Source: Bigelowiella natans CCMP2755
Taxonomy: Eukaryota; Protista; Cercozoa
NCBI GenBank assembly: GCA_000320545.1
Contig: ADNK01001510.1
Coordinates: 87,466-151,465, forward strand
DNA: 64,000 nucleotides
Reading direction: 5' to 3'
The notes below the pieces were generated by a model. That model was not told the DNA's origin and made no database searches. It worked only from the letters and a program-made list of their open reading frames with translations. The translations under genes were made by a program, and so were the position numbers. Shown piece by piece: positions 1-14,233 of this stretch (positions within the stretch are counted from its first letter, which is position 1; the number at the start of each line of letters is the position of its first letter).

Positions 1-199
1 CGGCACTGGCTCTGCTCCATAGGTACTGTTGACGAAGAAAAGCTGGACATCTGTTTGCCTCTCTAATGATGATGAGATGCAACAGCAGCAGCAGTAGCAG
101 CAAATTATCAATTAGCATGAGACGTGAATCCTTACACGTGTTTACATTCTCATTAAAAATGAGCAGATCGGACGATAAGATTGATGGCTAATTATGAGC

Positions 200-700
200 A
201 AGCTAGTAATTTCCAACAAATTCGTACCATTTACGACAGTTACAGTCCATGAATCTTGGTATGCGATCGCAGATGGAATGAAACCCAGTATCATCATCCT
301 GAGAATAACAATAATAATGGGGCCATGATGGAGAAATTTCTCGTCTGATTGCTGCTGGCAATGGGGATAATTGATACGAACCCATAGACGAGGGCGGAGA
401 AGAGGTGCTTCGAAGTTCTCATGGCAGCCACTTCGTTATCCTGCAAAAAAAAGCTTTTAATTTGGCAATTCAGTCCTCTTACTGCTGCATAGAACTTCTC
501 CTGGATCGGTGGTTTATTCATTGCTATTCTCACACTATGGATGCAATAACAGCAGCGGCTACTCTTCTTGCAGCAGATGTGTGGATTTGAAAGGTTTTGG
601 AATACTTTTGCTCTGAACTTTGATGGAGGGGGGGCAGTTACTGTTGCGGTCGGAGGAGAGAGAGATAGTTTCTGATTGCAAACTCAGGCTGGCAGCTGAG
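200..700 (-). CDS. Probable exon(s) of an uncharacterised gene running off the left edge of the window
   Basis: Minus-strand open frame with protein-like composition (RIAMNKPPIQEKFYAAVRGLNCQIKSFF...). No recognisable domain. Confidence 0.3.
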
Positions 701-1041
701 CCACAAATACAGTGAATCATCAGACATTTCCTACTACCAGATATTTCCTACCGTTCAATGGATATTATCTTCTTAATCATCAGGATATTATCTATAAGAA
801 ATCAATATCTTCAGGAGTAGGAAAGTTAGACATCATTTTATCACTGTAATTACTACAATTCGTGGAAAATAAGTCAAGAGTATTACAACAATTGTGACAA
901 CAGCAACAACAACAACAACAAGACAAGTTGCAATGGGCAAGTCACAACAATGACGCAAAAACTATCTAAGAAAACTTTGTTAGCAAAATTTTGCTAGTCT
1001 TAACACCTAGAAATCCATGAAAGTTGTTCGTCCATTTCCAA

Positions 1042-1112
1042 TGGATTTCCTGGATTTCCTGGATTTGATTTCCTAGGATTTCCTGGATTTCCTGCCTAGG
1101 ATTTCATGAATT
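1042..1112. repeat. Short tandem GGATTTCCT-type repeats at the edge of a TpA-depleted island
   Basis: About 6 GGATTT(CCT) units, with an inverted copy GAAATCCAT near 1010. Confidence 0.6.
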
Positions 1113-1229
1113 TCTGACTTTCGCAATGTCCGTCCGTTGTGGGACAACATCCACCATGAAAATCACTTCAATCGGTAAAAAAAATAGCTGGGCAGTCAAG
1201 GATGCGAACAGAACAACTAACTAACTAAC

Positions 1230-2575
1230 TGAAAAAAAGGAAGAAAAATAAGAACAAGAAGAAAACGGACAAGAACAAGAAGTTCAATGTTCAATGTTCA
1301 ACAACAACAAGAAGAACAACAAGTGACTGGCTGGGATCCATCGATGGACATGGTGGTGCATGCAGGGCAAGAGACAAGCAAGAGACACGCACATGTTCAT
1401 GCATGTGCTCAGTCTCTGATCAGGTCTGGAGGTGGGTTGGCTAGTGGGGGCCCGATGAAAAACCAAAAAAACTTGTCAAACGTGGTCGATCATCAAGGTT
1501 CATTCTTTCATTCTTTCTTTCTTTCGACGTCGTCTGATCGACCCGTTGGGGAAGTGGAAAAAAAGGCCAGCCATCCTGCGCTGCTGGCACTCTTCACCAA
1601 TTGTTTTTCGCCTTTCACATCGCACGTCAGTGTGTCCAGATGTGCACACAAGCTAGCAAGTGTGAACTGCGCACGTCAATGTCATCTCCGATGCTGCCTG
1701 CTAGCTGCGGCTGCACGTTGTTGCACGAGGTGGACCCCGTCCACACACCCGCACCTGCATGGATGTGCACTTCAGGAAGGCGCAGCAGGAAAGCAGCACA
1801 CGTGCCACGCACAACTCGGACGCGCACAGCGCCACACATTGATGAGTGTGAGCACAGAACACACCTGCAGCTTGCCAGCTTGCTGGCTTGGCAGAGCGTC
1901 AAAGTGCAATGCTTTGACCGAGAAACGACCAAAAACGCTGTTTTTGTTCCAGTGTTGCGAAAAGTGTGAGAAGTTTGGTGAGAGTTGCAAGCAATGTGCA
2001 TGGATGACGCTAGCTGCAGCAGTGTTTTGAATGCGCAAGCGCGTGCGTGCACGCTGACCACGTGCACACGAAAAATCCCAGCTAGCCAGCTGCGTGCGAA
2101 CGTGTCTCACTTTCTCATGTTCTCACTGCGCGCTGAAGCTTCAAATCGCTTTCAAAAGCTCACGCTTGCTGAAAAAAAAACAAACTTGTCGCACAGGTTT
2201 GACCGAGCTAGCGAGCTGTGCGTGCGACCAGCTGCAATGCTGCTGCATGCACCTTCAGACCTGCACTAGCTGCGCTGCACGTGTCCGGATGCATGCAGCT
2301 GTTCAATTTTGACCAGCGTTCGCAATTGTTTTCCACTCATTCCCATCTAGCTCATGCATGAGTTGAACAATGGTTTGACACGCAAGCCAACATTCCAACA
2401 TTGTGTGCAGAAATTGGCATTGGCGATCCACAAAACCAGAGAATGAAAGCAAACGTGCCACGTGAGCATGCTAGCATGCGCTGTGCATCGATGCGCAACT
2501 GCGAATCAGCATGTCGTCTTGCTCTGCTTGCAATTGAGGCCTTGAAGAAGGAATGGGAATGAGCTGTTTTGCTGC
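1230..2575. other. TpA-depleted island (TA only within CTAG)
   Basis: By manual scan all 9 TA dinucleotides lie in CTAG. TG and CA are in strong excess. Confidence 0.9.
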
Positions 2576-2599
2576 TTTAGCCCAAGTACATGCACGTGT

Positions 2600-3390
2600 G
2601 AATGACAATGCAGCATCATGTGCGCTGCACCATGGCTTCCTTTGCTTTGGCCCAGGCAATCAGACCATTTCAAGTCTCTCGATCGAAGTGTCCAGCTAAT
2701 GACATTCAATTTTGTCGATGAGAATGAAGAAGAACAATGTGGAATGCCCAGGATGCTAGTCTTCGGGTAGCATTTGTGATTGGTGCAGATGTTCATGTGT
2801 GATTACGCGAAGAAGGTTCTAGGTTGTGTCTGGGTCAAAGAGTTTTTCAACGCCATTTTGGAGCAAGACATTGCTTCTCCAGTACGCAGAGCTGCATTTA
2901 AACTACTGTGCTCTTTAACTCAGGTTGCACCTTACTGAGGTTTTGCTCCGCTACTTCATTGATCATACCAACAGTCGACCGCCTCTATAGACCATGACAA
3001 AAGACAAATAGTACCACATAATAAACACAATTGTTCACACTCTAAAGTTGTGTAACACTATAGCCAACACACATTAATCAAGGCCATCCCCTCAAAAAGA
3101 GTTTAGAACCTATCTCTCAATCTCTCTGTGTTTAGTGCTAACTCACATTTAATATATTCTATAATTTAGTGTTAAATGACCACCGTTTTTTCACTTCTTT
3201 GCTGTGTGTCAACTCTCGAAAGCGTATTCACGCTGTTCCGACTCTGTTGTAATTCATTGATAAATCATCATCCTATACTTTAACTTTTTGTTTCAAGTAT
3301 TAAAAATTCGTAACGTTTACTTAAAAGCCAAAAAATAGTGAACATCTCTGTTGCATACTTCATCAACTCATACTCTATTTTATTATAAGT

Positions 3391-3456
<66 letters not shown>

Positions 3457-4878
3457 ATAACATGCATTTCAATACATTGTACAAGCATGGGGAGTACTTC
3501 TGTTGGTCCTTTCGAGACCGCCCTTGCATGTGAAAAACCCCTTGAGCTATGAAGGGAGGAGGGCCTCGAAAACATTGATCCTTTATTTTTCATTCTTTCC
3601 ACGCCTATTTTTTAAAAGATGTATTCAGTATGCACATAATGTTGTTCTGGCAACAAAAAATGTATTGTAGAGATATCATTGTAGTAGCGACAATGAAAAT
3701 ACAATATCTACTATGCTTATATAAAATAAGAACTTATAAATGCGACGTCGATAATAATACATGAAGTTGCAATATCTGCCACTAAAGTTATGGTGGTGTT
3801 GCTACTACCAAGATTTACTGAAGTTTTGACAACATGGACAGCTTTGTGGAATAATCTGGTCAACATTAAGATCGAAAGACCCGTTGTAACGACTGCAGTG
3901 TAGTGAATCTGATCCAGGATATCAGCAACAATTATACAATGGTCACAAATATTAAAATATAGCAAATTAAAGATGCTCTTCTTGTTTTGGTGACAGGGTT
4001 TTTCTTATTGTTTTCCTTCTATTTTTTGTGGGCTTTGAATTATGCGTAAATCCTCACAATGTTAACGACGATAACTGAGCCGCCAAGCAATCGTAGTATC
4101 ACGCCGGTGAGAATACCAATCTGCCACACACACAATCATCCACCATAGATACATGGTGAAAGGTAGAAGCAGGCAATACACACAGACACGCACACACGGA
4201 GATGGTTATCAGCATGCAATTTGCTAAATAAGAATATACCATTGATAAGTAAAAAGGTGGTGTTTGTGCCAGCATAGCCAGCTACTGTACGCTTATAACG
4301 TACCCGACATATTATGGTCGTTCCATAGTAAATTAGAGCAGCAGTGACGTTTTTCTGCAGGAGAAATCAGCAAGCAACAACATGTTTGAAATTCTTGGAA
4401 GGAATGCTTATGGGGAGAGGGTATAAGCATTTTGCTACTGTATCTGCTACTGATAGTGGTGACTATTCGGAGGGAGTTGCCAAACTTAATATAAGACAAG
4501 AACTAATTTGATCAATTACAGGAAATACAAACTACCGCATTCCAGATCTTGTACATAATGATACAGTACCTTAACAATATGTTAAGGAAACAATTAATCT
4601 TTTGTGGTATCATCCTGGACATTCTCTCTTAGTTTCAAACATATATTTACAAATCGTATTGCGTTTTTTGGATGTGTGGATGTGTGTGTAACAATGAATG
4701 ATCATGAAAGCAGCTACTTACAGGATTATCTCTATGCCAATGAGCAGACAACTTAGAATCCGGTATGCAAAAAGTGGGATCAACATCGGGACAGCAAATG
4801 CGTACGGAATCAAACCGACAACTGCACATCCTAGCCATCTTTTGATGTACATCCTAAAATATATAAATTTCAATATAT

Positions 4879-4934
<56 letters not shown>

Positions 4935-6420
4935 TAAATAGAGGGTATGTTATGAATCAGAAACCAACTGAGTTATCTTTATAATGCTAAAGAAATTACA
5001 AGTATCTTCATCAATGCTGCTTGTGGTTATGTAAATCTAAACAACATCATTAACATATGGAGTGCCGAGCGAAAGGGGAGGACAAGTTTCTCAATTGATG
5101 TGCCTTTGTTGTGGGGCGTGTAAAGAGAATGCAGAAAATGGACAGGGAAGGGAACGAGATAAGAGAGAAGGATAAAAGGAGAGAATCATGTGAAAGTTTG
5201 TTTTCATGTCATGTTGGCACCAATTTGTTTTCTTCTGGGACTTCATATAAAAGATACAGTGCAAAAATTGAATACTTTCGACAATGCCTGTTGCCTATAA
5301 AGAAAATGTAAACAAAATACTTCTCAATAGCAGTAGTATAACGCAGACAGGTGGGGTTAAAGATAGAAAGATATTGTAAGACACTTGCCTATTTTTCAGT
5401 TACCGCAATCAGCTGTCCCGCGCAGTTAAATAAAATTAAAATCTGATTGAAGAATAGCACGAGGGAGGTTACGACAATGATGTAAATATTTAGAGATACT
5501 ACATAGAGCTGCTTGAGCAAGAAAAATAAATGAAGGAGTGAGGCACCCTCCTCCTCCTCCTCCGCCTCCCTCCTCCTCCTCCTCCTCCTCCAAAGAAAGA
5601 TAACAATTCAGCACCGCTACCTGGGTAGCAGATGCTGGGACAAAGGCAACCATAATAATTTGAACCTGTATCAATCCAAACCAAGGCAACCATAATAATT
5701 TAAACCTAAATCAATCCAGTAGTTGTTCGAATTGATACTATTCTTCTCTATCATTCCCTTGAATCAAAATGATCTTTTTACCGCTGTCAAGAGAATCGCT
5801 GCGATGTAGGAACATATTACAATCTGCATTTTAATTTTACCATACTTTAGGTCAGCATGACCACAAATGAAGTTGAAAGTAGTAAGTCAAACAGAGGATG
5901 ATGAAAGTAGTAAGTGACAGCATCGGGAACTAAGTCAAGTACCATCCTACCATTTTCAACCAGGCATTTCTGTAATGCTTGACAAACACGAGTAGCACGT
6001 AGAATAAAGCTAGTGCCGGAATCAGAATGGCCTGTTGGGGAGGCATACAGATAACGTAAATGACATATTAAAGCATTTTGTGCTTCTGCCCAGCCATCAA
6101 GGCTCACAGATTTACCAACACCTAACGTTTGAATTACGATACGTGTATACTCACCAGAAGTGTCCAATCAGTTACTGATAGGGCTGGCATGTGAGCGAAA
6201 GAGTTCTTCCCTCCTCTCTCTCTCCTCTCTCGGAAGATCGATATCCAGATATCTGTCCTTGATCGATGGATGATTGGCAACGTTTTTTTAAATATGTGTA
6301 AGATTGTGCGTTGTTCATTGTTGTCGCAAAGGATAAATACACTGCATTTTCTTTGCTAATGTACTCGTACTGTTTCTTAGCTAGTACATGTACCGCCTCC
6401 AATGGATATTTTCTCGTACG
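2600..6420 (-). CDS. Multi-exon uncharacterised gene (model approximate)
   Basis: Series of minus-strand protein-like segments bounded by GT/AG, e.g. DTSGEYTRIVIQTLGVGKSVSLDGWAEAQNALICHLRYLY, VQIIMVAFVPASATQ, ADILDQIHYTAVVTTGLSILMLTRLFHKAV and RRSTVGMINEVAEQNLSK. Introns are microsatellite-rich. No family recognised. Confidence 0.45.
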
Positions 6421-7059
6421 ACGTCAGAGTTTTCTACGGAAATGACCCACCTTTGGGCAACTTTTACAGGTAATACCCGCATCGCACAAGATTCTACTCC
6501 TCCCCGGAAAATCTTATAAAATAAGATCACCTAAAAAAAACTATTTAAAACTAGGTGGTATTTTTGGTAAAGCTTCCTATTCAACAGATACGACAACAAT
6601 CTCCAAATAATATCGGTTGAGTTTATAAATACAGGTATCGAGCACAGATCTACTCAATGAAAGGAAGAGAAGTTGTGCAATCGCGAATAAATTAAACAAA
6701 TAATATGTAGCCGATTATTGTCGGACGGTTGTCGTCGTCTTTGATTGTCGTCGTTCGTTCGTTACATTGGCGTTTCACAATGACGACTTACGGATATAGC
6801 TGTTTCATCTATGTGAAAGAAGATCATCGACGTAGTCAGCCACAGTCATCGTACCAGTCGTAGTGTGAGTGGGGTTCATTATTATTCGGAGATAGTAGTA
6901 CTAGTAGTCTAGAGTAGAAAAGCAAGCAGAACAGCAACTAGGGAGGGGCATCAGGTGATAACCAAGTAAGTACCACTTAAAACAACTCTCACTTCGCTGC
7001 TTAAGAGGGGGAGGAGGGGCGGCTTGTCTGAAAGGGGTGGGGTTGCGCAGCTTTCAATA

Positions 7060-7133
<74 letters not shown>

Positions 7134-7299
7134 AGTATTCTCTTCACTCTCTCAACCTCATTTAAGATACAGGCTGTGTTTCTGTGTTCTCTCTATTTTC
7201 ACCTTGCATACTTGTGTTGTTCTCTGGATTATTATTGATTGATAAGGGCGGGCATTTATCCATCCTCTGATGTTCTGTTATCACTACTTTATAGCAGCC

Positions 7300-7361
7300 A
7301 TGAGTGTGAAAGTTATTGAGAGGGTGCTGAACAATTCAAAGTGTAGCAGCGGCAGTAAAGT

Positions 7362-7393
<32 letters not shown>

Positions 7394-7979
7394 CCCTAGT
7401 ACATAAAAACTTTATATAAATTCTGCATGCTGTTTGACCTCATCTCGCTATGAAACTTAATTTGTTCCACAATATGACTGTCAAAACATAATCTATATTA
7501 CTCAGCCGTCATCACCGATTTTGTCCCTAAACTATGGGTGGGTTGTTGCGTTTGCTGGCTTCTTTATGCATCTTGCTCTTGGAACGATGGTAATATTATT
7601 TGTGGCATTAGTAGTAGGTTTAACTCCTAAAAGTTGTAGTAGTAGTAGTAGTATTAGGAGGAGGAGGAGGAGGAGTGTTAGAAGTAGTGACTAGTAGTGA
7701 TAGTAGCATGACGGGTCGGCATACGCTTAAAATACACCAGAAGCAGATTATAATAAAAACGAGCAATCCAGATTCTCACTTCACATACCAAACACTTGTG
7801 TATGTATGCTATGTATGATGTGCTCGTCATTAGTATTGTTGGGGTACTTTCACTCCCTATATTACCTCGTATCTCCGCAAATTCGACCCAAGCATTACAT
7901 ACAATGATACTATACTTGCTCTTCTGGCTGCACCGGTAGTAACAAGAAGTATCGTGTTTATGTACGTAGTCGTCAAAAT

Positions 7980-8010
<31 letters not shown>

Positions 8011-9205
8011 CGTAATTGTTGTTGTTGCCTTACTTATCTACCTCACTATCCACCAAACAACTTCATATCATGCCACATTGAATCATCAGTCCAATTCGGG
8101 TTATTGTCTCCTCCATCATCATCATCACCATCCTAATCATCATCATCCTAATCATAGTCTATAATTTTATTACTCCTTAGGCTGCACAAACAATAGGATT
8201 TCCTATTGGAGGGATGATAGAGCAGAAGCTTGGTAGAAGTATTCGCAGTAGAGGGTGGTGATGGTGGTGGTAGTGGTAAATAGTAGTTAAAAGCAGCAGG
8301 AGCAGCCTTAGCCGTAGTCTTGATAGCAATAGTAGTACCAGGTATAGTAGTGATACCTATAACTAGCAACTACTACCGACAATGATAGGGTGGTCACATT
8401 ATCTAATGAAGATGATGATAACAATGGCATTCTGACGACGTAGACAACAACAAGAAGAAGAAGTAGAGGAAGAAGAAAAAGAAGACTAAGAAGAAGTGAT
8501 TGATCATCTTAGCTCTAGTCCTATCCACTACTCATTACATGTACATACTTGAGGTATAAATAGGTCATCATCATCATCTTCTTCTTCGTCTTCTTCTTCT
8601 TCTTTTTCTTTATCCCTTCGCGTATGTAGGTCCTAGGATCACGTCTTTATTGGGATCTTGGATTATGTGTCTTGGGGTGTTTCTGTCTGCTTTCGCAACA
8701 TCAGTCTCATCACTGGTAGTAGCTGTATATGCTGCTGCTACTGCTTCTTCTTCATCATAACTAATGAATTCTATACGGAACACCAGCTATTTAGTACCCA
8801 ACTCGAGAGAACAAACCTGATTTAGTTTTTAACACAACGTTGCATGTATTGTGTTTATTACTGTTACTACTACATTATTACCTTTATCATCCTCCTCCTC
8901 TTTATCATCTTCACTTCTTCCTCTTCCAAAACACACAACATAGGTCTTCTTCTACGGAGTTATCTATGGTCATTCGTTGCACCAGCAACTTAAATTACAG
9001 TACTAGTATCAGATGAATTATGATTCGTGGAGACGAAGAATGAAACACCTTTCGCTCTCATTACGCATTATAGTCGCCACCATTGATCGCTATTATCATA
9101 CTCATAATATTTAAGGCCTTGGAATGGGCATTGCATATATGTGTCCTTTAAAATGTGGATATCGTTGGATGCCGAAAAGAAAAGGTATCATCATCATCAT
9201 CATCA

Positions 9206-9240
<35 letters not shown>

Positions 9241-9749
9241 ATCATCATCATATATATAGACATTCTTCAGCTTTTCGTTGATTTCTTCAACATCTTCTTC
9301 TTCTTTTCATCTTTTGCTGCTGCTGCTGCTGCTGCTGATATATTAGGTATTATTTCTGGTATCGTTGTAACTGGGTTTGGGCTAGGTGGTGCTGCCTTTA
9401 ATATCGTCGGTGCAACAATATGCAATCCTGAAAATAAGACCGGTACTGCTTACTACTACTACTACCACCACCAATACTTGTAGTATTTTATTTGATATTC
9501 CGAGGTACTACGTGGCCATAAATATACAGGAACTACTAAATAAACAGTTCCTTAATGCCTCAATGAGCTGGTTGGTATTAAACCAGGTACTCCCTACTTT
9601 GAAGACGACGTTGCATCAAGAGTGCCTACAATGCTAATGGTAACAATAAGAATCATGAAATGCTACGACTATCACGCCTTAAGAATGTGATGAGACTCTC
9701 TTCCTCCTATCTCTATATAGTATATATAACCATCCCTCCTTCTCTCTCT

Positions 9750-9795
<46 letters not shown>

Positions 9796-10517
9796 GATAT
9801 TAGGGGGCATTTACGCTGTTTGTACAACACTTGGAGCGATGGTTCTTGTTGATCCAACAGAATCCGACATAAGAGAGGTAGGTAGGTAGGTAGGTAGGTA
9901 GGTAGGCGGTTCCATAAGAAAAAGAAGAAAAAGAAGAACAAGAGAAGGAAGTAGTAGAAGCAGAGACATTTGTAGGATTAGGAGGAGGAGGAGGAAAAGT
10001 ACGATTTGTCGTTTATCATCAGCTACGACTCGAAGCGAGCTATGGATGCGGCCAAAGAGAAGAACCGCAAGATGAGGAAATGCAGCAGCCTTTGAAACCG
10101 GTAGTAGTAATAGTAGTAGAGTACCATCATATATTTAAATTAATGATGGATAAATCAACAAGTCGAAGCATTATTATACATATAAATGGACCTTGTATTA
10201 TTCACAAAAATATTAGTGAAGGGTATGTGTACTACTAGTAGTAGCGTCTGAAGGAATTTCTGATATGTCTCCACGCTATTCTAATCTCTCCCTCCTTGAT
10301 CATCCTTCTTCGATGGACTTCTTTACTAATCAAATATCACCTGCATCTCAATGTTGTCTCTGCTGCTGTTTCTAATTGACAGAAACTGCATCCTTCTTCA
10401 CCGATCGATAGCAGCAGTTTGAGCAGCATCAGTGGGAAGCCGAAAGGAGGAATGTACGAGACTTTGATGGACCCTCGTGCTGCACTTCTCTTTGCAATGA
10501 TGGGACTCACAACATCG

Positions 10518-10548
<31 letters not shown>

Positions 10549-10829
10549 AAGTACTGATAGTTTTCTCTTACTAATACATACTTGTGTGTGTACTACTAAT
10601 ACTACTACTAATAATAATCAATGATCACGATCATAAGAAAGGTAGACAACAGTGGTGGTGGTGATGAGATAATTATCTTTATCAGTCAGGATTGCTAGTT
10701 GTTGGCACGTACAAGACAGTAGGTACAAGCAGTGGTGTATCCGATCAAGTTCTTACTCTTGTGGGCTCTTTGTCATTGGTACACATGATGCTTTTATCAG
10801 ATCATCCACTTCATGGCTAAAATAGCGGT

Positions 10830-10861
<32 letters not shown>

Positions 10862-12220
10862 TAATAGAGTAATAGTAGTAGTAAGTAGTAGAGTAATAGT
10901 AGTAGTAAGTAGTAGGAGCATCAGCATGAGTGTGAAAAGAAGTACAACGATGGGTGCTATGCCGTCGAGTTAATCTGCATGTAATAATGTAGTGTTTCAA
11001 TGGATTGGGAAGGATCTTATACGGTTCTTTATGCGATAACATCGGATTCAAAACATCGCTCATCATAGACTTTTTCTCACAGGTTTAAGTAGAAATACCA
11101 TAGAAGCAGAGAAAAAAGAGAATTACAAAAACAAATATCACGTTGCAATCATGTTAAGGAAACAACTGACCATGGATGCTGGAAGATGATTCAGATTGAT
11201 CTATTTTTTCTGTTGTTCAATGACAAGAAGCTAGCTGGCAGCTCTTGCAATTAATCACCACGTTACACAAGTGATGTTATTGTTCTGCTGCGTAGCATTC
11301 CTACTAACTTCCAATATGAATCATCATTATCATCAGTTTGTGATTGGCCTTCTGTTCATGATGACCACATCAATGCCTGTGGCCTTTACCGTAGTCGTGT
11401 GTCTAATGGTTATGAATTACGGTAATGATGATGATGGATTACCGATGATATTTACCTGTAACACCAAGGAGGGGGGAGAAGAAGAAGGAAAAGAAGAAAA
11501 AACACTATTAAATCTCACTATCGTCTGTCTTCTTTTGTTTACCGTTATTATATTGACTGTATTAATGTCCTGCCATCACACTAATCAAACTCTTCTACCA
11601 AAAGAATGTATTATCTACGTTTGCGATTCATCTTGATTGCTATTTTTGTGTTGTTGTCGCATTTAACTCATTGTCTTCTACCAATTCTACTGCTACTGCT
11701 GCTGCTACTACTACTGATATATCTTAGGAGGGAACTTCTCCATGTATCCCACGGTAGAACAAGAGACTACTTCTAGCTTCGTAGAGGCAACAGAAAGCAA
11801 CAGAAGCAAGCCTATTTTTGTGAAAAAAAGGATGATAATGAAGAAATATATTGCAGAATCATTACATCATTGAGTTTTGATTTCTCGTGTTTCGAGAAGC
11901 GTCCTCCATTATATTTGTTCTGTCTTTTTTGTATTCTAAGTATTGAAGTGTTTCTTCTCCTTTTCTTCCTTCTCCTTATCCTTCTTCTTATAATCATCAT
12001 CGTTGTCATCATAAATTTGATTAAAATATACTACACTCAATAAGGTGACTGCGGAGATGTTTGGCACAGAAAGTGTTGCTTCCAACTACGGCTTCGTGTT
12101 TGCAGGATTTGCAACGAGCAGTATCTTACTCAAAATTTGTAAGTAGTTGTTGGAATTTTTGCAGTAGTCGGTTTTGGCAGTAGGAGGCCTTCTACTCTCT
12201 TTTCCTCTCCCTCTCTCCCA

Positions 12221-12272
<52 letters not shown>

Positions 12273-12792
12273 CTGTGTAAACTTATTTTACAGAGCAAAC
12301 TGTTTTATATCTTCAATTTTTGTCTGTTCCAAGTCATGTATCACGGAATTATATGGTTTTCTCTTCTTTAGGTCTAAGTAGTGAATACTTAAGCTATGGG
12401 GCAGTTGTACACGGTGCCAATAAGATAGCCATTGATATTACATCTGTTGTGGTTTTATTCCACACTTATTATTCATCTATCTGTCATCTGATTCTTGATT
12501 TTTTCCTCTTGTGAAAGTTTGGGTGTAGTGCATGAGTATCTATCTCTGGCCATGGTCTATATCTTCATTGTATCGTCACAATAGGAACTGCGGTTGCAAG
12601 TGCTATAGCCGGTGTGGGGGCATTCTTTCTTACCCCAAACGGGTACGAGACAACATCAAATTTATTACACGGGTAAATATCATTATGTGCGCAGCAATTA
12701 ACACTTTTTTGGTGGTGTTTGTGAATTTAGTAACTCAGGCGAGAAGAAATTCTAAAAGTGTGCTGAACAACAAGATCAGGATGACGGCATGA
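7300..12792 (+). CDS. MFS transporter, oxalate:formate antiporter (OFA)/MCT-like, roughly 17 exons
   Basis: Spliced peptides: YGWVVAFAGFFMHLALGTM-YCWGTFTPYITSYLR, GGMIEQKLGPRITSLLGS, GMGIAYMCPLKCGYRWMPKRKGIISGIVVTGFGLGG, FNGLGRILYGSLCDNIGFK, GGNFSMYPTVTAEMFGTESVASNYGFVF. Start and stop are approximate. Confidence 0.85.
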
Positions 12793-14233
12793 ATTCAATG
12801 TGATGCACGTGGAGTTCATCATATTCTTCTCTTCATTTCACATGTCGCGAATCCATCTCAAGGGTTTATCGAGGCAACACAACTTCATTTTACACAATGT
12901 GTAGTGGCATCATCCATTATAGACAACGCAATATAATAATATATATAAATGTATATATACATATATAATATCTATTGCTAATATTACTAATATTTATAAT
13001 ATTACTGTGTCTATTACATCCATCACCAGTTGTCATTGATTTCATCTTTATTCACTTGACTGGCATTGTGGATGTTTGACAACTTATTCAATGATCTAAA
13101 AAATTCCGTTTTTCACCAGTCTGTTTGCATTAGCCGCACAACGAACATGTGCAAATCGTAGTAGCACAACATGCGATGTAGCAGAATATTTCAGGCACTA
13201 CACAGGCATTACTAGATTATGCCTCTGCTGTGCATGCACATGCAGGTCTAGAGGTCGCGACCATATGCTATGATCTTTGCAAGCAATTTCGATCGACGTG
13301 CACACCTGACACTGCGAGTGCTGCAATTACATTAACAGATGTATCTGCATTCGCGCTGCGGTCATGTGTGAGCGTTGCTCTCCACGCACGCACCTTCGCA
13401 CACACCGACTGTGACTGGTCGATGAGCACATCGCACCCATCAACCTAGCAAAGCAGACGACAGCCCGCGTTCACGTAGTTGGTGTTGTTCGCTACAAACC
13501 TTCGCTCTCCATGATGAGGATTGTCGCAGAAACGACACGCATGGCAAGTTTAATCATCCAGTAAAAACGCAAGAACAGGAAAAAAGAGCAGACCACATTA
13601 GCGCCGAGTCGTCCGAAGTTAACATCGTGCACTCATTGCTTGCTTACGCACATTGGTGCTAGTCAATTGTTTGTGGCAATGCCAACAAGGACAACAGCAA
13701 TTACATAAAAGCTCCGCGATGCTGTACGTTGTTGTCGTTGCATTGCACTTGTGCGATGCTTCAAACTGAATCACAGCGTCATGAAAATCGTGTCTAACAG
13801 GTATTTGCGCTTGCGCGTGCTCTAGCTCCCGTAATATGTGGCTTGATGGAATGGCCATGCGCTTAAAGTGCGCTTTGCCTACTCTGTACTCTGCTTGCAA
13901 TGATCTGAATGAACTACTCATTCCAGAACAAGTACATTTATTATGCGAAGAAATTAGTACGTGGACTAGGAATTATCCCCAAAAATGTTTACATTGCAGC
14001 ACTTAACCAACATCGAGTGGATACATAACGCGATGTTATCCACAGCACCACATACCATCGAGAAATTATTCTGTAAATGGTTTATGTCGTCCTCTTTGTT
14101 ACATTCGATGTTCTTCATGATGAGTGAATATCACAATATCACAAAATTTGGAGCTGTAAACCCTCTAAGATTTATTCTTTTAAGTACATTGTGTGATACC
14201 TCCCTTGTAAAATTGCGTTATTGGGAGATCATA

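Noticed and set aside
1287-2312. Long overlapping ORFs (247 aa and others)
   Set aside because: Artefact of TpA loss removing TAA/TAG stops on both strands. His/Cys/Ala/Val-rich with no domain.
1230-2575. Classical RIP or CpG-methylation decay as the cause of the islands
   Set aside because: Those processes deplete CpA/CpG and raise TpA. Here CpA, TpG and CpG are plentiful and TpA is missing.
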